Of a DNA stretch of 38,558 nt, positions 1-10,098 are shown piece by piece. Origin of the DNA: Paraspadella gotoi (Eukaryota > Animalia > Chaetognatha); the NCBI GenBank assembly GCA_051294375.1, contig CM119268.1, forward strand, positions 20,028,781 to 20,067,338. The letters are read 5' to 3'. The notes below the pieces were generated by a model. That model worked only from the letters and a program-made list of their open reading frames with translations, did no database searches and was not told where the DNA came from. The translations under genes were made by a program, and so were the position numbers. How positions within the stretch are numbered: the first letter of the stretch is position 1; each line of letters starts with the position of its first letter.

Positions 1-14
1 TCTCTCTTTTCATT

Positions 15-1123
15 GTGACACATAGCCAGCGCGCCCAGACCCAACTCATGTCCGCCCGCCGCCTCCTCCAGCATTTTGAACCACTCTTCAAAACGGATTT
101 CGCCCATGTCCCACATCGACCCGTCGGCACATCTACGCTGTTTCTTGGCCACACACATCTCTTTGACCATGATCGACCGCTTTACGCGCTGGCCGGAAGC
201 GGCGCCGCTCCGCGACACCTCCGCCGCCTCAGTTGCCGCCGCTTTTTTACAGAACTGGGTCTCCCGTTTCGGCGTCCCTTCCGTCGTCACCACTGATCGT
301 GGCGCCCAATTCACGTCGGAATTGTGGCGCCAAGTGGCGGCAGTCGTTGGCTTCGATCCCTCTACAACAACCGCCTACCACCCCCAATCCAACGGGATGG
401 CTCCATCGACACGCTGAGAGGCGGCCCTTTTCGCGCTCGCTGTGACGCCGCGGGAGAAAACTGGTGGCGCAACTTCCCTGGACTCTTTTGAGCCTCCGCG
501 CAACTCCACGTGAGGATTCCGACGCCTCACCCGCCGAATTGACGCTGGGCGAGTCACTCACGCTCCCCAGTGAGCTACTTCCGGTTCCAGCAACCGACGT
601 CGACGCCGCCGCTCGCGCACAAATCCTCGACAGTCTCCGAGCTGATGTTGCCCTCATGCAGCCCCTGCCCGCCGCTTGGCACGCGGCGCCGCCCTCTCAC
701 GTCCCGGAAACTCTCGCTGACGCCGACCGTGTCTACGTCAGACGTGACGGCCACTCGACGCCGCTCCAGCCTCCCTACGACGGCCCTTACGTCGTGCGTG
801 AACGAGGACCGAAAACCTTCAAAGTCGAAATCCCGGGCCGCGGCGTCGAAGTCATCTCCGTCGACCGATTGAAGCCGGCCGTCACTGACGAGCTCGCGCC
901 TCCTGACCCACCTTCGGCGCGCCCACGTGGCCGTCCCCGTCGAGTCTCTGCTCCCTCCCCCGTATCCCCGCCTCCGGAAACGGAAGCGGCGCCACTCGCG
1001 TCTTCCACGACGCCGCACGTTGCTCGACGACAATCCATTTCAATTCCCGGCCTTTTGAACATTCTTCCGACGATGCTTCAGCCGCCGGAAGATGACGACG
1101 AAAGCGACGACGCAATTCAATGA
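15..1123 (+). pseudogene. Ty3/Gypsy integrase remnant (rve core plus GPY/F module), frameshifted
   Basis: ORF 76-417 reads LTMIDRFTRWPEAAPL...WVSRFGVPSVVTTDRGAQFTSELW...TTAYHPQSNGM; ORF 464-1123 reads LQPPYDGPYVVRER...VISVDRLKPA. Frameshifts near 120 and 400-470; relative to the copy at ~9050 an 8-bp deletion removes the catalytic Glu codon. Confidence 0.95.
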
Positions 1124-1170
1124 TTTCTCAAGCCTTCTCCCCATCCGGTCGAAGCCTTGGTGGGGGGATG

Positions 1171-1380
1171 TGTGGACGAACAACTACAACACGCAACCTC
1201 GGTCAAAACTGAACTTACCAACCTTACCCTCGACCGTTTTCCCTCATTTCTCTTTATGGTCAAACTTTGACCTTGTAAATATCTATTGTTATAGACTTAG
1301 CATCTGAGCCTTTTATTGTTATCGTTTTTAACCTTGTTGAAGAATAAATCATTCTTACTCTGAAACTTGTGTCGTCCACA
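1171..1380 (+). mobile_element. 3' LTR of Gypsy element 1 (210 bp), preceded by a polypurine tract
   Basis: Starts TGTGGACGA and ends TCGTCCACA (perfect 9-bp terminal inverted repeat); GGGGGGA at 1162-1168 just upstream; internal AATAAA; homologous to 6692-6906. Confidence 0.93.
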
Positions 1381-2810
1381 CTATATTCTTTAAATATTAT
1401 AGTGCGGTAAAAATTTAAAACGTAAATATTCAATAATCCGCTTTACATTTAAAAAAAATTAACTTCATATACTTATTTAAGTACATGGAAAGTACAGGAA
1501 TCACAGACAGGCCAGGCCAAACTCTGATATCGATCCGGCCTACTGAATGTGTATTTATGCCCATATGTTCAAGTTTTTGTTTTTTTTGGATCACTGTGAC
1601 CCCTCCTCCCTCCTTCTTCCCCCTCTCTCCGCCTTTATTCTCTCCAATCCCCTCCCCTTCTCCCTCCTCCTTCCTCTTTCTCCTCCTCCCCCTCGCCTCA
1701 TTTGCGTACTCATCGACCAAAATCGACCAAAATTCGGGTCATTTCCTCATTTATTATTCAGTGTAACGCCGCGTGGGGCATCTGTCGTCAAGTTTCCCCC
1801 TCGCGTTGGACCTTGTCTCTCTCCCCCGCCCCCTTTCCCTATCTCTCTCTCCCTCTCTCTCTCTGACTTTGCACTTTCTCAATTGGCGACGATGAAAGCG
1901 CTGTACGTGGCAAAAAAATTTCATTGTCCAATGTAAACAGTAGATCGGGAGACGAAGCGGATTTTTTTTATTCGCTCCATCTTTTAGCTAATTCTATTAA
2001 CGAAAAAGGACAACTCTGCTAAATACTACTTTAACAAGTACTTTTTATCTGAACACTGACCCCTTTTTTAAGGCTCAAATATCTGAATTAAGTGATTCCA
2101 ATAATTCTGTTTAAAGCCTAATTGGTTGAATTTTATACTGAATATCTGGTCTCTCATTGTAGTAGATGTTTTGATTGTATTCTCACTATTGAGATTAAAG
2201 ACGAAGACTTTTTACATCAACGATTGATTTTTATTTGTCAGACATGTTACGGCTTTTTGACTTGTCAACTTTAAAATTAATTCATAAGTGAACTATGAAT
2301 GATATAAGGAAAATATTTTACTCAAGGGTGAAGAAGATAAGGAAGAAAGGAATTCCAAAATAAAAAAATTATCTTAACTTTCCTTGGCATTCAAATTTGA
2401 AGACGAAAGTGAAAATGGACAAAAATGGACATGATTTGTTTCCCTAAAAGTTGCAAAAATGTTACTCTTATATGATTACAAATAGCTGGAGATGGTTTTA
2501 ACCAATCCATATTTTGGCCTAAATTATATTATGGTGCAAATTAAATTAATTTTGTTAATAGTAACTGAACAATACTGGAAAAAGTAGTTTTTTCTCTGAA
2601 TACGAGGATCGTAAGCAGAGGCTAAACGTTTCTGTCATTAACTCATCGCAGAGGAATCAAGACTCTAGGATCAAAATTGGATCAACGACTCGGGCAAAAT
2701 CCGCCGGAAGCAGAATGGAACATTCTCATTGGTCTAAAGACAAATGTCATCGGCCAGTCCGCATTTGGGCTTCCTTCCGCCTGTAAATAACAATAATTAC
2801 TGTCTCTTCA

Positions 2811-3487
2811 GTATAGCTTGGTGAAACTCAGCTCGTCCCATTGGTTTGGACAGCTAAGTACTCGTTCACCAACCGTGAGTTCCGGGTCACGGTCACGGTC
2901 ACGGTCACGCTGGTTAAAGTGTGATGGTGTTGGCATAATCCGCGCCAGTGACTGGAGGCGTCACTGAGGGTCGGAAGCTCCCAAAGCCAACAGTGAGATG
3001 CCACATCCCAATCCGCATCACAGGCAACCCGGCTGTTGCCATAAGTGGTGAGCCCTACTATCGAACACGCAACCGCTGCGTACCATCGCTCACGTCGTTG
3101 CTTAAGGGTATGCATCCCACGCCTATGCCCTACTGCTCGCTCGCTCGCTCTCTAGGGCAATGAGTCATTTACTCTCAAGACAGTCACTCTGGGCTTGGTC
3201 ACCCCAGTGTGCTGTCTTGGGGGGGCATGTGTGGCGAATCCTAAATTTGCCTCCCGTATAGCTTGGTGAAACTCAGCTCGTCCCATTGGCTTGGACAGCT
3301 AAGTAGTTGCTCACCAACCGTGGGTTCCGGGTTCAATCGCCTCACGGTCACGCTGGTTAAAGTGTGATGGTGTCGACATAAACACGCCAGTGACATGGGG
3401 TGGTCACTGCAGGTCCAAAGCCCTGAGCACCAGCTGTTGGGAGATGCCTCACACCCCAGGCATCACACATGTCCCTCCATTGCCATA
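2811..3487 (+). mobile_element. TRIM-like non-autonomous LTR element (5' LTR 2811-3043, truncated by ~26 bp; 3' LTR 3230-3487)
   Basis: Direct repeat starting gtatagcttggtgaaactcagctcg at 2811 and 3256; both copies end ttgccata; TGGTGAGCCC at 3046-3055 right after the first repeat; G7 tract at 3219-3225 then TGTGGCGAA; ~185-bp non-coding internal region. Confidence 0.82.
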
Positions 3488-4104
3488 AAGTCGAGATTAA
3501 GCACTGCTCAAACAATGTTGTCATCTGAGGCAAAAATAAACCCCAAGGAATCCTTGATGCCGCTTGATACTGCTCAATGTCGATGCTCATTACCCCTCGA
3601 TTTTCATAGAAAACGTGAGTTTCTGCTCGTTATTCGATTCGGGAGAGAATGACCCTCATTAAGACGGAATTGTTAAAGTAAATGTCATTTTCAAGCGGAA
3701 TGCCTTTTCAAAAGAGAATGTGTGGACAAGGCGCTAAGTGAGCTGAAGAGTACTATACGCATTCCGCAACTTCTTTCACCCATCTTGCAGCCATGGAACA
3801 GGTCCTGGGCTTAGAACCAGGCTGGAGCAGAGATGTGGAAGCGATCGATTCAATCCGGCGCTTCCAAGACCCCTCCCGCTCCCGTTTTCGGGTGCAATCC
3901 TTACTTTTTTAGCCCGGGTCGATGCTTTCGGTTTCGAGTGCACATCGCTTCCTTCTTTTAGAAATTTTATATTTGTTATTATTTATAAAAATACTCTCTT
4001 TAGACATGTAATTCATTGGTAAATAATTTTAAACAATCTTTTTTGTTAATAAATAACAAGTGAAATTTTTACTATGAAAATTTGTAAGATTTGTAAGATT
4101 GTAA

Positions 4105-4786
4105 TAATCGTTCGAGTGGAAATGAGTTTAAATGAAAAAAAAAACAAACCTTTTTCCCTATTTGCGCTTTTCTTTTATTAAATATAAATACAAGCTGCAT
4201 TAATTATTCAATTGATCAAATATTAATCAATCAATCAACTAAACAACTAATCAATCAAAACACTTAAAAATTAAATAATCAATTAATTTATCAATCAACT
4301 AATTAAATAATCAATTAATTTATCAATCAACTAATTAATAAATTTATTTATCAATAAATTATTAAAAGAACTAATTAATTAATTAATCAATCAATTAATC
4401 AATCAATTAAACAATGTCAGTGTTATCATGTCATCTCCAACGTCGTTGTTGCTTTTGTCCTGGTCAGTGACCTGACAAAAAGACCTAAAAATTAACAGCC
4501 TGATATGAATTTATTTTATTTGATCAATCAATCATTCAATTAATCATGATGGTGCTATCCTCGTTGTCATCATAATCATCAGGGTCGTCATTTCTTTTGT
4601 CATAATGAAAAGATAAAAAAACAAACAAGTTTGAGCTAACAATGCCAGAACTGATCAATTAATTAATTATTCAATCAATTAATCAAATATTCAATCAATC
4701 AATCAAAAAATTAAGCAATCAATCAATTTGTCATCGTCGGTATTATCATTGTCGTGGTTGCCATCATTAATTATTTAATTAATTAA
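4105..4786. mobile_element. Fragments of the DINE-1/Helentron-like (HINE) family
   Basis: 4105-4250 is the reverse complement of ~19150-19290; 4622-4650 (caaacaagtttgagctaacaatgcc) matches the family terminus at 20555; rich in (ATCA/ATTA)n. Confidence 0.7.
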
Positions 4787-5150
4787 ACTCCTTTATCTTG
4801 TTGTACATTGCAAAACTGTATCTTTATCATTTATTTATCCTTGTTGTTTTGTTTTCTCTCTCACTCTCTCTCTCTCTTTAACAAGTTTCACTTCTTTTCA
4901 CAACTCACTCAATCTGGCCTTACCTTCAACCTGTCCTCACATCTGACCACTATTCTGTCTCACCACTTTGTTGGGAAAACTTTACCTTTTCTCTTTCTTT
5001 CTCTCTCTCTCTCTCTCTCACACTCTTCTTTTACACAAATTTATTATTGAATGTCATATGCTGATGAAGGCTTGAAGTAAACAAGCCGAAACATGTCCAA
5101 CTATTAATTAAAAATCGTTGTTACAAATTCAAAATTCTTTGCTTTCTCTA
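4787..5150 (+). mobile_element. Solo Penelope-like pLTR copy with hammerhead
   Basis: Shares ttgttgtacatt, CCTGTCCTCACATCTGACCACT (4930-4951), tgttgg(g)aaa, the hammerhead and a downstream aaaaatcgttg with 20850-21178 and 22750-23108. Flanked by AATTAATTAA at 4777-4786 and 5151-5160 (possible TSD, low complexity). Confidence 0.8.
5059..5099 (+). ncRNA. Minimal type I hammerhead ribozyme (PLE-type)
   Basis: CTGATGA-A-GGCTTG-loop-CAAGCC-GAAA-CAT-GTC: intact core, 6-bp stem II, palindromic ACATGT helix III; stem I is weak (TG/CA). Confidence 0.8.
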
Positions 5151-5523
5151 AATTAATTAATTGAAATATTTTTATAATGTTTGCGGTGACTCAAAACAAA
5201 AATTTATAGAAAAATTTGAGGCGTGTTTTTTGTGATAAAGAAAACCTGGTATTATACGTAAAAAAGTAAAAATGATAAAAATAATAACAATAACAACTAG
5301 TATTTACATTGGCTGAGAAAAAGGTCAGCCATAACAAGATTGGGTAAAAACAGGTCATTCTTATGACCACTACTGTACTACGGCCACAAAGTACAAAGAC
5401 TTCGTCGTCGTTGTCGTCTTTGTTCAAATCATTTGAGCTCCCAAACGTTCGATGTTATTATTTTAATTAATTATATGTAATTAATTAAATAATTTATTTT
5501 TTTTCAATTAATTAATCAATTAA

Positions 5524-5574
5524 TTACCGCTAATGATCGTGGGCAGATCCGGCATTGTTTGCTCAAACTTTTTT
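5524..5574 (+). mobile_element. HINE 3' terminus
   Basis: taccgctaatgatcgtgggcagatccggcattgtttgctcaaactttttt is the reverse complement of the terminus at 20555-20605. Confidence 0.75.
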
Positions 5575-6189
5575 ATTAATATTTTGATTTATTATTTTAT
5601 ATATTTTTTTATTGCTTTTTTGTTCAGTGCAAGAGGGAAAAAAAAAAGAGATAGAGAGAGTGTGTTAGAGATTTAATATGTATAAGCATAATATTATGCA
5701 AATTGCTAATAAAACAGATCAATCCTTTTGGTTTAAACTTGTTTGTAACATGAAAAATGTTATGGATTTAAAAAAAAGGAGACTTAAATTTAAAGAAAAA
5801 TAATAAAAATATAAGAAATAAAATTTTTAGTTTTATAGAATTTAAAAGTTTAATTTAAATTTTAATTTAAGTTAATTACAGTTTTTTTTCAGATAGAAAA
5901 AATCTTTTTTTAGCTCAGATTTATTTGAATATATTAAAAAGAATAATTAAAAAAATAAATATGTAATTTTTTTTCATAGATTCTCGACCAAAGAGGAAAA
6001 GAGAATAAAGAAGAACAAAAAAATAAAAGAAGAGAATAAGAAAAAGTGAATAAAAAATTAGGACAAACAATTTTAAATGTTGAAAATAAATATTGAAAAC
6101 AAATTTTTAAAAGAAAAAATCAAGAAAGAGCAGGGGGTTGCAAAGATTTTCATACATTAAATACCTTTCATTTCTAACCAAAAAAACAA

Positions 6190-6490
6190 ATGACCAGGAA
6201 GCGAACACGCAGGGTTATTATAGCTTCCGGGTTCAATCCTTTATTCTCAATTTTTCTATCGCTCCCGGTTTCGGGTTCTTCAAAAATCAGCCGCTTCCAC
6301 AGTGTTCGCGTCGCTTGTTCGGTTTCGCTTTCCGGATCGCGTTCACATCTCTGGGCTGGAGGGTTTTCTATGCCCCCAAAAGGGGTTTACGGCCGTCCTC
6401 ACGCTTCCCGCTGAGTATGTACCGGGTTGGGATTGAACCCGGTATCTAGTGGTCATGAGCTGTTGGCTTTACTCAATGAGCCACCGGGTC
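6190..6490 (-). mobile_element. tRNA-derived SINE-like element
   Basis: Minus strand begins gacccggTGGCTCATTGAGtaaagccaacagCTCATGAccactagataccgGGTTCAATCCcaacccgg: A-box, anticodon-like loop and B-box at tRNA spacing, but the stems are broken; a GC-richer body follows. The 3' boundary is approximate. Confidence 0.65.
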
Positions 6491-6978
6491 ACAACTGAAA
6501 GTGTCATGCTTACGTTGAGGATGGAATTTTTAGTAAGAAAAGAGTTTGAGATCAAATGAAAAAATGAACGCGAGTTTATTTCGGTAATATCATCGCGCAG
6601 GAATAAAATTAGAATGACTTTTAAATGAACCTGTTCGTGTTCTCTGATATTAAAATAATAATATCAATAGGTCCTCACGAATTTATTATAGTGTGGAGGA
6701 ACAACTGTAACACGCAACCTCGGTCAAACCAGTTGACCTTACTTCAACCTTACCCTCAATTGTTTTGCTCTTCTCTTTATGGTCAAACATTGACCTTTGT
6801 AAATATCCATTGTTATAGACTTAGCATCTTAGCTTTTTGATTGTTATTGTTATAACTTTTGTTGAAGAATAAAATTATTCTTACTCTGAAACTTGTTGCG
6901 TCCACACGTAGTGAGCCCCGTGAAAAACAAAACGAAACAAAATTAAAATCTGTCTCAAGCTTTATTTTTTCTCTCCTT

Positions 6979-8145
6979 ATGTCCCGTCGACCGAGTACCC
7001 TACGCCAGTAACTACTCTAAACGCCTCCCATTCCAACAGCGCCGGTCACGACGAGGCGTTCCATGACGCCGCCGCATCCTCATCTCCCCCAAGCATCAAA
7101 AACAAAATTGAAAAACTTTTTGAAATGATTTTTGAGTTAAATTCTAAATTCGCCTCGATCACTGAGAAACCAAACCCTCCTTCAGCAGACGCGAGCATCG
7201 CGTCAACGGATCTGCCTTCCCCAGCGGAAGACAATAACACCGGCGACGTCTTCCCTGCAGATGACGCCGCACCCCCTCGTCCTTCCTCTGACGCCCCTGC
7301 AAGAAGACGACCTTTGAACCTGACCACATCGAGGAGTGGTTGAACCACACCGCTGTGGAATTCCGCACCACCGGCGTCAGCAATCCGGCGGAGAAGAAGA
7401 CGCAAATCCTCAGCGCCAATTCCATCTCTCGCCACTGGCTGATTCCACATGCTTTGAACATCAATGAAGGTCCAGACGCCCACAACAACCTTGTTGCCCA
7501 CTTGAAAAACATTTATGGTGAAGACGCCAACCTGTGCACAGCAAAGGCATTGAAGATGACGTCCCTAAAAGGCGTCACCCCCTCTCAACACTTTTCCGCG
7601 ATCGACGCCGTCCTGGAAGGCCTCACTATCGACCACATCAAGGCCGCCATCTTGGCTGCCGCCCTTCCTCATAGCATGCAAGAACACGCCGTCAGGAAGG
7701 ACAAGAAGCCCGTCGACATTGGCAAAGATGCTGACGAGTTCTTCGTCCCTTCCGGCCAACTTCGTAGCTCCGATCGTGCCTCAACCTTGGTGAACGCCGT
7801 CACCTTCATTGAGGTCACAGTGACGAGCCACTGGAGATTTCCAACAAATCTTCAAACGACGCCGACGACGCCACCATCTCTTATGCAAACGCAGTCCGTC
7901 GACCGCCGCCGCGCTCAACACAGCACCCCTTTTCGCGGCAGCATCCACCGCATCAGCGCATGCAGCAGCAACGCCAGCCAATCTTGACGCCCCTCTCCCC
8001 TCCACATCGCGAACCGCCTATGGGTGAAACTAAATGCTTCTACCACTACAGCTTCGGCACCAATGCCTTCAAGTGCCAGGGGACTAATCGCGAGGGCCGA
8101 CCATGCCCAATGGCGCCGTCAAATGCCAACGCCGGTGGCCGCTAG
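6979..8145 (+). pseudogene. gag: gag remnant with CHCC-type zinc knuckle
   Basis: Frameshifted pieces FEPDHIEEWLNHTAVEFRTTGVSNPAEK...LPHSMQ...GKDADEF and CFYHYSFGTNAFKCQGTNREGRPC...NANAGGR*. C-X2-H-X9-C is characteristic of the CsRn1/Kabuki/Boudicca lineage. The start position is tentative. Confidence 0.85.
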
Positions 8146-9249
8146 ATGCCCACGTCGTCGGCCGAAACAACTCTTTCTCGTGCACGACCCCGACGCCGGC
8201 CTTGAGTGGCTCAATGACGGTGGCTCCAAGGCGATGCTCATCCCCGCCTCTGCAGCCAACCACCCCGCCGCTAAAGTGAGTCCTGCTGCCGTCAAGGCGA
8301 CGCACGCCGCCGCCAACGACACACCCATTGAAACTTTTGGCATCCGAGAAATGGGCATTAGACGTGGGAAACAAGTTTTTACTTACCTAATCATCATCGC
8401 CGATGTCGCCACGCCCATTCTCGGTGCTGATTTTTTGATGGAACACCATCTCGTCATCGATCATCAACGCCGTATTCTACTCGACCACGACTACTTCATG
8501 GTCATTTGGTCATCTCCGGCCATGCCCATGACGCCGCCTACTCTGCACTTCTTGACGAGCGCCCGGAACTCACAAAACTCGTCTTCAACTCGGCACCGCC
8601 GAAGCATGGCATCGAGCACCATATACCGACATAAGGTCCGCCCGTCTTCGCCCGCGCCAACTGCCTCGCCCCTGATCAACAAAAAATGTTGGAACTCAGC
8701 ATAATCCGCTTGGGCATCGCCCACTAGTTCCGGAGTCATGGCGCCGACGCGTTTTCAATGCCACCCATAGCATCGCTCACCCGGGAGTTTGCACATCCAA
8801 AAAACTTGTGACCTCGCCCTTTGTGTGGCCTTCAGTCTCCTCCAACGTCACACGATGGGCGGCATCGTGCGACACTTGTCAGCGTGCCAAGACCAGCGCC
8901 ACATACGCGCGCCTCTCCAGCACTTTGAGCCACCGTCTAAACGTTTAGCTCACGTACATATCGTTCTCGTCGGAATTGTGGCGCCAAGTTGCGGCGGTAA
9001 TTGACTTTGATCCTTCCACGACGACCGCCTACCACCCCCAATTCAACAGGATGGTCGAGCATCTCCATCGCACGCTAAAGTCGGCCCTCCACGCCCGCTG
9101 CGCAACTTCTGTGGACACTTTTGAGCCTCCACGCCACTTCGTGCAAAGATTCCGATGCCTCTCCCGCTGAGCTAACGCTGGGGGAGACACTAACGATCCC
9201 CAGCGAACTACTTCCAGTTCCAGCAACCGACGTCGACTCCGCCGACGAC
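8146..9249 (+). pseudogene. pol: pol remnant: aspartic protease, RT N-terminus, integrase pieces
   Basis: LFLVHDPDAGLEWLNDGGSKAMLIP...PILGADFLMEHHLVID (protease, with DGG in place of DTG); KHGIEHHIPT*GPPVFAR...MLELSIIR, WASP (RT start); then a jump to integrase FVWPS...CDTCQRAK, LQHFEPPSKRLAHVHIVLVG, TTAYHPQFNRMVEHLHRTLKSAL. Confidence 0.92.
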
Positions 9250-9659
9250 AAAAAAAAAAAACAATTGCACAAAAATTTTAAAAATACTGATTTTCTTCAT
9301 TCGATGGTTTTAAACCTTATATTAAGCCTAACGAAGTGTACTTTAATCGTTAATTCCAAGTTTGATTTTTAAATATTTGATTTACGCCAACTGATTTACG
9401 TCAATTTGGAGTAACGTTTCTGACTCCTTTCTGCTGTCAAGGATATTCAACAAAAATTTTTGAAAACGCTTTTTTTTAATTAAAAATACATAGTAGTATT
9501 GGATTCAGATTTGATTTCTTTTTTTTGACGTGTTTGCTGGCGCTGGTGGCGTAAAAACTACGCCAAAACGTATTATTTCCTAGTTACATATGTGGCGTTA
9601 ATGATTTTTTCAAAAAAAATTTTAAAATATATCATGTTAAATAAGTGTAAATGTTTATA

Positions 9660-10098
9660 TTTAAATTTGGAAAAGAATTATGGCGTGAAATGAAGGTAAA
9701 ACCGTTTAATATGATATCATGATGTGACGTAAAGACTTTCTGATTTTTTTCTAGTAAAAGCTATTCAGTTAAGTTGATTTAAATATTGTCCGGCCTTTTT
9801 TTATACAGATGTGGCGTAGAATGGCGTAAAATGAACAAAAAACGATCTAAATATTATCTAATTCTGTGGCCTAAAGACTTTTGGTTTATTTTCTAGTAAA
9901 AACTACTCAGTTAAGTTGATTTAAATATTTTCCGGCCTTTTTTATACAGGTTTGGCGTAGAATGGGGTAAAATGAACAGAAAACCATATTAATATTATTT
10001 AATTTTGTGGCGTAAAAACTTTTTTTCATTTTCCAAATAAAGCTATTAAGTTAAGATGCTTTGGCGTAGAATGGCGTAAATTGACGTAAAACTGCGCC
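9660..10098. repeat. ~142-bp tandem repeat (two full units plus partials) rich in TGGCGTA motifs
   Basis: Units start aaagacttt at ~9731 and ~9873 and aaaaacttt at ~10014; all share ctagtaaaa/cagttaagttgatttaaatatt/tggcgtagaatgg blocks in whole or part. Confidence 0.8.

Larger units (their letters stand above)
6692..9249 (+). mobile_element. CsRn1-like Ty3/Gypsy element 2: 5' LTR, PBS, gag, protease, RT/RNase H largely deleted, partial integrase, 3'-truncated
   Basis: LTR 6692-6906 (TGTGGA...TCCACA) homologous to 1171-1380; PBS-like TAGTGAGCCC at 6909-6918; coding remnants listed below; similarity to element 1 stops at an A-run near 9250. Confidence 0.93.

Noticed and set aside
247-1115. Minus-strand and alternate-frame ORFs over the integrase, and likewise over 7046-9272
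   Set aside because: They are GC-rich shadows of the Gypsy coding frame with no recognisable motifs.
6418-6490. Functional tRNA-Met gene
   Set aside because: A and B boxes are present, but the anticodon and acceptor stems do not pair properly; it is better explained as a SINE head.
1171-6906. A single LTR element spanning LTR1 to LTR2
   Set aside because: LTR1 is preceded by a PPT and integrase, LTR2 is followed by a PBS and gag, and the outer flanks (GATG/CGTA) are not a TSD. These are the ends of two separate elements.
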